From Chrysochromulina tobinii (Eukaryota), in the NCBI GenBank assembly GCA_001275005.1, contig JWZX01003323.1, forward strand, positions 1 through 48,992: DNA of 48,992 bases. Reading direction: 5' to 3'. Shown here piece after piece: positions 29,833-40,700 of this stretch. How positions within the stretch are numbered: position 1 is the stretch's first letter; each line of letters opens with the position of its first letter. The translations under genes and the position numbers were made by a program. The notes under the pieces were generated by a model, which ran no database searches, was not told the DNA's origin, and saw only the letters and a program-made list of their open reading frames with translations.

Positions 29833-30073
29833 GGGGTGAACAACATTTTGCCGCGCACCTCTTCGTTTGTTTGCCTGCGGGCCTGCAAGTTGTGTTCACA
29901 CGGGTTTTGTTTGTCAACGACTTGCCGTCCGGCAATTGTTGTCGTGAACGTGCACGCGTGAAATCTGAAATCTGTATTGCGCTCACGTTCGCTGCCTAAC
30001 TGCGCGGCGGCAGCACTCAACCACTCCAAGAGTGCGCGACACGGCGAAACGCGTCAGCACAAACCAGGAGCTC

Positions 30074-31704
30074 ATGGAGCTCAACCTCTACAACACCGCG
30101 CTGCTCACTTGCTCTCTCATCACCTTCATCCTCACGGTCAAGTCGCGCACCGGCTCCAACAAGGGTGCCATTAGCGCGGTGTCAGCCGATTTCAAGCGCT
30201 TCCAGTTCGTCTACCTCATCGTGTACTACGTGTGCATGACGGCTGACTGGCTGCAGGGACCGTACGTGTACGCGCTGTACTCGTCGTACGGCTTCTCGAA
30301 GCATGACATCGCCGTGCTCTTCGTTGGGGGCTTCGGCGCCTCGATGGTGTTTGGCACCTTTGCAGGCGCCGCAGCAGACAAGCTCGGCCGCAAGCGGCTC
30401 TGCCAGCTGTATTGCGTGTTTTATTTCCTCTCGTGCGTGACCAAGCACGCGCGGCACTACTGGATCCTCATGCTCGGGCGCGTGCTCGGCGGCATCGCTA
30501 CCTCGCTCCTCTTCTCGTCCTTTGAGTCGTGGATGGTGTGCGAGCACAACGCGCGCGGCTACGACTCCTCAGCCATGTCGGACACCTTCTCGCTGATGTA
30601 CTTTGGCAACTCGCTGTGCGCCATCGGCGCCGGTATGATGGCCGAGGCCGCCGCCGAGGTGCAGAAACTTACTCCCTTCACAGCAGAGCCCAATCCCATC
30701 TGGCACTACGGCGGCTACTGCTCGCCCTTCGACGTGTCCGCCACCTTCCTCTTCGTGGGGTTCTTCATCATCACGGCGCTGTGGGGTGAGAACTACGGCT
30801 CGACGGACGTGTCCGACATTTGCAAGGACTTCCAGACGCCCATGCTTCAGATGAAGGAAGACCCCTCCATCCCGCTCGCGGGAGCTGTGATCTCGCTCTT
30901 CGAGGGATCGATGTACATCTTCGTCTTCAACTGGACCCCCGCGCTCTCGGCTGGCTCGAAGACGACGCCGCCGTTTGGTCTCATCTTCTCCATCTTCATG
31001 ATCGCATGCATGGGCGGCTCCTCGCTCTTCTCGATCGCCATCTAGCGCATCTCAGCTGGCAAAATGTGCGCTCCTGCCCCTAGGCGCTCCCCTCAGCCGG
31101 GCCCGCCCCGCCCCTAGGCGCTCCCCCACCCCTAGGCGCTCCCCCACCCCTCAACGGGCCCATCGAGGGATGCTGGTCCGCTGCACGGCCTGCATCGTCT
31201 GGGCGCCGCTGCCATCCTCGGCGCGCCCCCGCAGCTCGTCTCTAAGCGACGCTACCCTAAGTCACTCTCTCCCTCGGCTCCCTCGCCCGCAGTCTCTCTT
31301 ACGTCTTCCTAGTCGCCTCGATTGCTCTCGCGCTGCCGCTCTTCACGACTGGCCTCGAGGCGACCCTCGTCTCCTTTTTGCTCTTCGAGGCATGCGTGGG
31401 CATCTATTGGCCGGCGATGGGCACCGTGCGCTCTCAAGTGGTACCTGAGGAGACCCGCGCCACCATCTACAACATCTTCCGCGTGCCGCTCAACGCGATC
31501 GTCCTCGGCGTACTGCTCAACCAGATGTCGACGCTCACCGCATTCATGTGCTGCTCGGGCATGCTCCTCATCGCCTTCGTCTGCCAGAGTGTACTGACGG
31601 CGCGCATGGCACAGGTGCGACCGGCCGCCGGCATTCCCGTCGACGATGTTGATGCCGAGAGCAACAAGGGCTCACTGCTCTCGCACTCCGACAAGGAGTA
31701 CTGA
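30074..31704 (+). CDS. MFSD5: MFSD5/MOT2 molybdate-anion transporter family MFS protein; in-frame TAG at 31043-31045
   Basis: Motifs ADWLQGPYVYALY, GRVLGGIATSLLFSSFESWMVCEH, SLFEGSMYIFVFNWTPAL, FEACVGIYWP and RATIYNIFRVPLN are present. Exons are 30074-31065 and 31293-31704, with GT-AG intron 31066-31292 containing CCCTAGGCGCTCCCC x3. The spliced product is 468 codons with one internal TAG. Confidence 0.9.
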
Positions 31705-32428
31705 GAGTGCCTCGTTCTCAATCCCCTCTTGCACGCAGCGTCCGATGGGTGTACCGTTTGGTCGGATCGACGACGATGATGAGGCGACGACGGCGGAGAA
31801 ACAAACCCTCAACCAGCCCGAGGGTCCCTAGTCGCCGACAGGCCATCCATGCCATGCACGCGGGCCTCGCTACCTTGCGCATCGGACAGACGGCGCAGTC
31901 TTTCTGAGGAACCGCGCCTGGCACCTGGCTTCACATCGATGCGGATCAAGCCACACATCGTCACGGCCGCCGTACTATGTGCATAATCCGGATGCGGACC
32001 GAGAACGGAAGAGCACTCTCTGATTCGGTAGCCATGCGCCTGGGCTGGGCCCCTGTGCGACACACTTTGCTGTCTTTGATTGTGGTGTATGTTTTGACAT
32101 TTCAGGGTGCCGGGTGCGTCGTGGCGGTGGCGCCGTGGCTGCAATAAGTCGACCGTGTGCAAGATGTATCGGATGCGCGATGCGGTGTATCACAGGGCTG
32201 TGGCGCAGGCGGGCTGGTCGCATGTAGCGTGGACATGAGATGAAAGTAAAGAAAGCAACTCCCTAAATAAGGCGAAGTTCAGCGATAAACTCAGTGGTTG
32301 GTCGAGCCGTCCGCGCTGAAAAACTGAAACCGCGGACGCCGCGCGGACGTTTCATCCCTTCATACATTTTTCCTCGTTCTTCGTCGAGGTCTTCTCCGCC
32401 TCTCAACCCGCCGCTCGTGGCACTCGTC

Positions 32429-35075
32429 ATGGACGACGACGAGGACGACGACTCCTCGTCGAGGACACCTCGTCGACCTGGGCCATCGGATGCGATCCAG
32501 AATCACTCGGTTTCAAACGGCGGTTCGCTGGGAGTCATAGGAGCCGCGCTGAGCGCCGCCATCGACCATGACATGGAGGCCTCTCCGGTGAAGCCGTTGA
32601 TGATTGGTATGCGAGCTGAGATCGCTGCGCTTGTGCTTGGGATCAATGACGAGCAAGAAAAGATTTCTGCGATCGATAAGCTCTTCATCAAGGAGCAAAC
32701 GAGGTGCGCGCGAGAAATCGAGAGGATGAGGTCGCGCGCACATTTCACGCAGACCGATCTCGAGAAGAAGATGGCCATGCAGCGTGACGCCTCTAAAACT
32801 GAGGGCAAGCACCTCATCGTTCAGATCGAGCGAAAGCATCGTGAGGAGCAGTCGAAGCTGCGCCGAGAACTGGTCGAGCTGAAACAAGAATACACGCAGC
32901 AGCTTGCCGACCAGGCGGCAAAGGCAGTGGAGAGGGAGGCGGTGCTGCTGCAGAAGCTCACTGATCTGGATGGCGGTCTTGCGGCCAAGGAGTACCAACG
33001 CCAGCAATTCATCGATCACCTGTACACGTCAGCAGCGCGACGGTTGCAGAACATTGAGCTCACCAGAGGCTTTCTAGCGTGGACCTCGTGGTACATGAAC
33101 CATGTGCACTTGAAATTTGCAATGGCGCGCTTGTTCCACATGCAGCTCTTCCATAGCTGGAACGCGTGGGCGGAGTTCTGCCAGGTGCGCGCAACTCAGA
33201 AGAGAGTGATGGTGGCGGCAGCGGCCAGGATGATGAAGCCGATGCTCATCGCGGCGTACACCCATTGGCGTCGCGACTGGGAGTTGCGTTGCGTCCAAGA
33301 CGAGATGGAGGCGCGCGTCAAAGAATTGCAGGATGCCTTGCGCACGCAACGCAAGGAGTTTGAGCAAGAGTTTGAACGACTCAAAGCTGAGCTGCGACAT
33401 GCCGAGGAGCGCGAGCTGAGAACAAGAACGAGGAGCTAGAGCGGGTGCAGTGCAAGGCGATACGTCGCATGTTGAACCAGCAGCTGAGCTTGGGATGGAC
33501 GCCTGAGAACACTGTGGAGAACACTGTCTACTGGAAGCAGGGCGTGAGCCGCGCTGCATTACGCATTCGCCATCGGGAGACGTTGAAGGCATGGGAGGAG
33601 TGGGTGGCTGTGTACCAGCAGGAACAGTGGACACGGATCTTGAGAGTTGCGACCGGCAGGCTGCGCAATCTTGAGCTGGCAAAAGGGTTTGCAACATGGG
33701 CTGAGTGGAGCGAGCTCGAGCGCCTCAGCAAGGTGTTCATCGCTGCTGGGCTCAGATTGCGTCATCGCGACCTCTTCCAAGGATGGGATGCTTGGAAAGA
33801 GGTATGGGAGGACGCGGTGCAAAAGCGGCGCATGGCGGCAGTCTTGACTCGAATGCGCATACTGGACATCGTGAGAGCATTCGAAGCGTGGACAGAGATG
33901 TGGGAACAGCACACGGAGCAAATGCTGATGCTCCGAAATGGTCTGAATAAGCTGCTAAGGCCAAAACTCTTGGCGAGTTTCACGTACTGGGAAGAAGACT
34001 GGAGGGAAGAGCTGCGTTTGAAAGCTCTCCGGCCGCTGCCTACTTGGGAGGAGGTCGAGGAGCGAGAGAAGGGGTTGGAGACGAAGATTAAGGCCCTAAA
34101 CGAGCAGTTGAATGCGCAGCTGAATGTTGCAAATATCGCCGCTCAGAATAGCGACGCGGTCATAGCACAACAGAGAATAGCCGCGGAGAAGCTGACGAAA
34201 GAGTGCGAAGCGTTACGACGTCAGGTGCAAACTGACACGGACCAGATTCAACAGCTACGTGCCGACTCAGAAAAACGATTAGCCCAGAAGATCAACGAGC
34301 TTAAAAACGTGAACGATGAGGCAGCGGCAATGGCTATCGAGCTGGCGAGCATGCGAGAGCAGCTGTTGGCCTACGGCACACCGATGTCGGCTCAAGAGCG
34401 ACGCCAGATCTTGCGCTCCAATTTGAGTGACATAAAGCGTCAGATGCAGGAGATAACCGAAACGGCTGTCGACAAGCATTCCGAGTCAGTACGAGGGCTA
34501 ACCAACCTTGTCGCATTGCGGGAGCGCCAGCTGGTCCGTGCAAGCTCAACTCCACGTCTGACGAGCGCGAGGGCTCGTCCACAGTCGGCAAGCGTGCGGT
34601 CGCAGCTTGATAACAAGCCCCTCCAAAAGCAGCCTCCACGGGCCGCTACCAGCACTACCTTGGGAGTCGCAGCCGGCCTCTTCGTGTCGCCCGCCTGTCC
34701 TGAGGCCGGACCGAAAGCTAGTGAGCTGAAGCAGCAGCTCGGCTGCAAAGCTCCACGACAGCGGTGCAGCGCGCAACGGCGCTCTGGGGGAATCACGAAG
34801 CGGAGGACATTGATCAAGTGTTGTACGGACGGCTATACGGTGGCGCCTCGATGGGCCGCGCGCAGTCCGATGTGACGCTCGCTCGGCTCGACTCAAGTAG
34901 GCAGAGCATGCCACATGCCGTGCCAGATCGGCCCGGTGCTTTATCGCGTCCGTGGTCGGCTTCGTCGTCGGCGTCATTGAGGCCTGGCTCGGCGCGATGC
35001 TCCTCCCCGCTGCCCGGTGAGTTTGCATGGCTTAAGCCCGGACAGACAAAGCTATCCGAAGCTTCTCAGCCTTAG
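32429..35075 (+). CDS. Coiled-coil protein with Sfi1-like (centrin-binding-type) Trp repeats; multiple apparent frameshifts
   Basis: Repeats of the A..RL.N..L.RGF..W type (LTRGFLAW, LFHSWNAW, LAKGFATW, LFQGWDAW, IVRAFEAW, LLASFTYW) are present. ORFs 32429-33439, 33445-34875 and 34764-35075 join by frame changes at ~33420 and ~34650-34725. Confidence 0.7.
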
Positions 35076-35921
35076 TCAGAGCACTTCGATGCACATTGAC
35101 CTGGACGGCACTATGGTGATAGCAGTGAACTTAGGCAAGCACATATGCAATCACTGACCGCGAAAGTAACTCCGCTTCAGACCCGGCGGGCGAGTCGACT
35201 GACGACTCAGTCGTTGGACGTTAAGGGACGGGGCGGAGAGATAGACATGCGATTCCATCGTGTTGCCCTCGAGGCCGATGGATCGACGGGAAATGGAATG
35301 AGGCAGAGGGATGAGCCGATGCGCGAATCCATCCGATCTGGTGGCGTCACCGTGCGGGGGTGCCCACGAGGTCGACATTCAACAATTGTTTTTCGCGCGG
35401 GCGGCAAGCAAATTATATTAGAGATATCAGCTCGGCCGTCCGGTGTGTTGGCTTCCTAGGTCGCTTCAGTGGCGGGGGGCGGGCGGGCGGCGGTATGGCA
35501 GCGCGTTGTCCGCGTGTCGTCCGGTCGGCGGTCTGAGATTCACGATTGTCGATTCGCTTCGCTTTCGCGTTTCGGTATTCCGCTATTCGGACGATCGATT
35601 CAGTCGAAATCCGATATTATATTTTAATAACATGGCATATGGCAGCGTATATCGTAGGGAGGTTTACGACCGGTAGCCCTAGTGACGAAAATCGATCGTA
35701 CGCGATCCCGTACGAAATGTATCCGCGGCCGCGCGTCTCGCCGGTCCCGCGGGGTAACGTTCCGCGCACATGACGGGACCGGGCCCGACAACGGTGGGAG
35801 CCGCAACAAAGACGTAACACGACCGGCGAGCCGCGGGGACTAGCGGTGCGATACTCGTGTAGGTACCAGCCGATGGAGCACATGCACGAGCGCAGTTCGG
35901 CGGCCTCAGCTGCGGCTGCGT

Positions 35922-37541
35922 TCACGGGTCCCCTTGAGCAGCTGCAGCTTCGTATTGAACTCGCCCCAGCTCGCTGAGCACGCGCGTGATGTACTCGCCA
36001 TACGCGCGCGCGAGCGGCTCGATGGTCTCGTCGGGCGTGTCGTCCCAGTCGACGTAGTAGCCCGGGTGGATCTCGATCTCGTTGATGAAGTGGCCCAGGG
36101 GCCCCACGAGGGGCGCGTGCGTGCGCTCCGCGAGGCTGCGCTGCAGCTTACGCTCCGGCGCAGCGAGTGAGCTCGCCTTCTTGACGATCGCCTTGTCGAG
36201 CCGAAACGCGCCACTGTCTTCCGCCTGCTGGGTCGGCGATGAGGCCGCGAGTAGGGGCTCTCCCGTTCCCCAATCGACGCGCATCAGGATCTTGGGATCA
36301 TGCGGACCGTCAGGCGGAAGCGCGTCGAGCGCCCGCTGGGACTCGGCGATCAGCGGCTGCAGATACTCGAACAGGCGCGGGGTGCGTCGACGGGGCGCAC
36401 GAACGCGCGCGAGCAAGCTGCGATTTTCCGTACGTGAGTGATGCGTAGAAGGGGACTCCTCTTGAGGAAGTAAAAGCTTGATTTCATAGTGCTGTGCCAG
36501 CTGCGGGACCAGCGGCTGAAGCAGCACGTGCGGACGGCTGCCTACGAAACCCACGGCGCGCAAGTAGTCGAAAAAGGCGCCGCCGCGAGAGCTTGTGTCT
36601 TCGGCGGCACCCGCGCCGTCGTCCTCAGAGCGCCGCTGCCGCTTGCTGCTCGGTGGCTCGGCGGCGGCTGCCGGCGCAGCGGCCGTGAGCGAGGGCGGAA
36701 GCGGAAGATCGCACCCATTGCTCAAGAGCGTCCGCAGCTGCAGCGAGCCGACGAGCGGCGCGGTGGCCGGCCCGCGACCATCGTCCATGGTCTCGTTCGC
36801 CGCGCCAGCGTAACGGCACGCCGACCCTGAACCCAAATCATGCTGGACGCTCGTATTCTCGGTGCCCCCGCCGCTGGCGATGCCGGCGGTGCGAGCAGCT
36901 GGGCCCGCCGCCTCCCAAAAGGCGACGCCAAAACCGCCGTCGGCATTGGACGGCTTGCTCACGAGGTACATGAGTGATGGGGCTATCGCGGCCGCGTCGT
37001 CGGCAGTCTGTGGAGCCGGCGGGCTCGGCAGCAACTGCAGTCGCCGGAGCGCCGCGCCGAGGCACCTCTCGACGCGCTCGACGCTGAGGGCACCGCTATC
37101 ATCGAGACACTCGGCGCGTTCGAGTATCTCGGTCGGGCAGAGTGGCAGCGCGTTCGCTTGCAGCACCCGGACGTAGTTGGCCTTGGAGGAGATCAGCTGC
37201 TTGAAGTTGCACGAGGGGTACACGATCGTGCCGCGTGCCTCAAGGCCGTTGAGAGTTTCGAAGAAGGTGGAGTACCACGCAAAGGATGGCTGCGTCTTGT
37301 ACGAAATGATGACCACCATCGACGCGTTCGTCGCGCGCAGCTCCTCGACTGTTGCAAGGGTGATGATGACGAGCGAGGGGTAGAATTTCTGAACGGCGCT
37401 TACGATGGCGACGTCAGATTGCATGCCCGCCCAATTGGACGAGCGTGGCGGCGCATCCCGACGGCGCGGGTTGCCCACGCTCGGGTTTAGCACGATGTCG
37501 TCGTCGTGGCCAATCATGAAAGCGACATCAGCAGCTTTCAT
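35922..37541 (-). CDS. ATP-grasp fold protein (RimK/GSH-synthetase-like)
   Basis: Motifs ISSKANY..L, LVSKPSNADGGFGV, VLLQPLVP, YEIKL, LMRVDWG and FINEIEIHPG are present. The segment ~36380-36480 appears garbled by compensating indels. First ATG (MKAADV) is at 37541. Confidence 0.7.
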   Translation of the reverse strand: MKAADVAFMIGHDDDIVLNPSVGNPRRRDAPPRSSNWAGMQSDVAIVSAVQKFYPSLVIITLATVEELRATNASMVVIISYKTQPSFAWYSTFFETLNGLEARGTIVYPSCNFKQLISSKANYVRVLQANALPLCPTEILERAECLDDSGALSVERVERCLGAALRRLQLLPSPPAPQTADDAAAIAPSLMYLVSKPSNADGGFGVAFWEAAGPAARTAGIASGGGTENTSVQHDLGSGSACRYAGAANETMDDGRGPATAPLVGSLQLRTLLSNGCDLPLPPSLTAAAPAAAAEPPSSKRQRRSEDDGAGAAEDTSSRGGAFFDYLRAVGFVGSRPHVLLQPLVPQLAQHYEIKLLLPQEESPSTHHSRTENRSLLARVRAPRRRTPRLFEYLQPLIAESQRALDALPPDGPHDPKILMRVDWGTGEPLLAASSPTQQAEDSGAFRLDKAIVKKASSLAAPERKLQRSLAERTHAPLVGPLGHFINEIEIHPGYYVDWDDTPDETIEPLARAYGEYITRVLSELGRVQYEAAAAQGDP

Positions 37542-37795
37542 GACGACTCCGGGAACAGAGCGGGAATCGCGGCGGAAAGCAGATTTCGTTAAACACGGAC
37601 AGTGCAAATAGTTTTCTGTGTGAAAGTTTCTCCTTACATGTACATCGTGGGCCTTTCGAAAGTGGATTCGCGGATCCGGTACTGTAACGACTGAAGGTTC
37701 GTTCCAAAGCCCGGCTCCGCGACGAAGAACTTCTCCGTCCGCTTGCTGCTGCTCATTGTGCTCCGACTCCGAGGGTGGAGGAGGCTCTTCTCAAG

Positions 37796-40700
37796 ATGTC
37801 TATGGAGCCAAGAGCGTCGAGAGAGAGCAACGCCGTAAGCAGGAAGGTTGTAAGCTGCGCCTCCGACATCAAGTGGCTCGCGTGGAATGCCGCTTGGCAT
37901 TCAGCCAATGTCCTCGCCCGGCGTGATGAGGCGGCGAGAGTAGACCTAGCACGCTTTGAGCACCACTACGCGGCTATCGCACAAAAGCTGCCAGGTGACC
38001 TCGTAGTTCACGTTCGTGCAATTGTATGGAGCGCCTGTTGGCACGCTGCCAACAAGAACGGCGAGGCACTGCGCAGCCACTCAGCCGCCATGGAAGGCGA
38101 AGGCGAAGACGACGAGAATAGGGCTGGTGGCGAGCACGCCGACGAGGGCGGAGATGAGGCGGCGGGCGGCGAGGACGTCGACGAGGGCGGAGATGAGGAG
38201 GCGAGCGGCGAGGACGTCGACGAGGGCGGAGATGAGGAGGCGAGCGGCGAGGAGGTATGCGCCGCACAGGACGAGGCCCCCAATGCAGCAAAGGACGAGG
38301 CCCACAAAGCGACCGCCGCCAACGACACGCTCGCCCAGCCGAGTGCTCAGCCCGCTTCCCCATCTCCTCTTCAATCAAGCGGCTTCGCCGCTCACGAGCC
38401 TGCGCTTATAGTGGCGGCGAGCGTCGCAACTATCGGCGCGGCCGTCATTACGTCGGGCCTCCAACCGCCGGGCAGCCGCACCGCCGTGCAGTCACACCGT
38501 GCGCCGCCCCCGCCCGAGTCTGAGTCAGAGGCTGAGCTCGGCGGGGAGTCGTCAGCGGCCGGGCACACCGAGGATGAGCCTTCGGAGGATCCTGATGCCG
38601 AATCGGCGCTCTCGCTCGGCGAGGTGGAAGACGACGACGAGGAGGACGATCAGGACGACGACGTTCTCAGGCATGGCGAGGACGAAGACGATCTCGAGCT
38701 TGACGCGGCCCTTGCCGTGGAGCTCGCCACCGCTGAAGACGAGCCGCCGCTAGCGACGCCGCGCAAGCCATTGGAGGCGACACCCTTGGACGCGGCCGCA
38801 TCGGCTTCTCTGGCGCTCGACGTACACGAGCGCCCACCGCCTCCAACGCCTCCAACGCCTCCCGGAGGCATGCGGGTGAGCGACCCAGCCCCGGGCGCCA
38901 CCCCGGGGGAGAAGCGAGCCACCCGCCGCTCCCCCACAGTCAGTCAGTCAGTCAATTCACCCGGTCCAACAGCTCCAACACGCCGCTCACCCACAGTTGC
39001 CGAGCTGGATGCATCCCATGGCACCGACTCGGAGGACATGCCCGAGGAGCTGCGCCTGCCTACCCACACGCCCGCCCTCAAGCGAGACCTCTCAATCACG
39101 CGCCAGTTGGAGGCAGACGCCGAGGCTGAACGCAAGCGAAAGCGTGCTGCAGGCGGTTGTGCCGTTACGGGTGCGACGGAGGCAGCAACACCCGACGTGG
39201 CCGAGGACGAAGCAATTGACGAAGCCGAATGGATCGGCGGCACAGCGGACCAGACGAGCACAACCTTGCCTCCGTCCGTCGCGACGGGCTCGTCGTCATC
39301 CACGGTGCCACCGAGCTTGGCCACAGATGCGTCTTCCTCCTCCTCGTCTGCCGACTGGAGCCCTCGCGCCGTGCCGAGCGCCATCGCCCCGAGCGCGAGC
39401 CCCGCCGGGAGCCCCAGCGTGTCCATGCCGGCGGGCCTTCACGCGCTTGGGGTGCCTACAGAGACCCGTAAAGGGCTTGAGCTGTCTCACGCGTACTCGT
39501 TCCCACTGCAGACCGCGCTGCCGCCGCTAGCCGAGCTCAACACGCTGTGGGGGGACGGCGGCTTAACAGGGTTGAGCTACTTTTCACAGGCTGAGGAGGA
39601 GGAGGAGGGCGAGGAAGAGGAGGGCGGCGAGGAAGGCGCGTGGGAAGATGGCGAGAAGGAGGGCGAGGAGGGAGGCGGGGAGGGATGCGAGGAGGGAAGC
39701 GGCGAGGAGAACGGCGGCGAGGAGAACGGCGGCGAGGAGAACGGTGGCGAGGAGGAGGACGAGGAGGAGGGTGAGGAGGGAGGCGAGGAGAACGAAGGCG
39801 AGGAGAACGAAGGCGAGGAGAACGAAGGCGAGGTGGACGACGAAGGCGGGGAGGACGGCGAGGAGGAGGACGGCGTGGAGGAGGGCACCGAGGCAGAGGC
39901 GGAGGAGGCCGCAGTGGAATACCGGCGCTTTGAGCAGCATGCAGACGAGCTGCAGCGGCGTCTGCCCGCCGGCCTCGCGCACAGCCTCATCTATCTCGTC
40001 TGGTCCGCTTCTTGGGCAGCGGTCCACGCGCGATCGGGCGACGAGCGGCTCGGCAGGCTCCACAAGGAGCGTTTTGAGCAGCACGCGACTGCGCTGGCGG
40101 CGGGCGGGCTTCTTCCGCGCGTGGGCGTCAACCTCGGTGGATGGTTGATTTGCGAGGCCTGGATGCAGGAGACACTCTTCAGCAGCGTGCCAGGGGCGAT
40201 CGACGAGTTCCGATTGTGTCAGGTGCTAGAGCGTGAGGCGATTGCGCGACACCGTGCGAGTTGGATCACCGCCGCCGACCTCGCGCAGATCAAGCGGCTC
40301 GGGCTCACGGCGGTGCGGGTGCCCTTTGGCTATTGGTTGCTTGATCCGCCTGGGCCACCCATCGTCCGCAAGCCCGCGCCGCCGTACACAGGCGCACGAG
40401 AGTGGCTTCGCACGGCACACGAGTACGTGGGGCCTGCTGAGCATGTCATCAGCCAATGCCTCGATGCGTGCGCCGCCGCAGGTCTCTTGGTCAACCTGTG
40501 TCTGCACGGTGCACCTGGTGGCCAGTCGGGCGAGCAGGCGTGCGGCTTCGTCGACCGCGAGTGGACGCCGTCTATGTGGGATGTGGAGGCCACTGTCCGG
40601 TGCGTCGAGCACGCCGCGCGTTTGTGGGGGCGTCATCCCGCGCTCGACGCACTGACGGTCATCAACGAGCCGTCGAATGAGATCCCTATCGAGACGCTGG

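Noticed and set aside
2980..31045. Alternative genetic code (stop reassignment) to explain in-frame TGA and TAG
   Set aside because: TAG, TGA and TAA all terminate other genes here (e.g. 4975, 12375, 21576), and long conserved genes have no internal stops.
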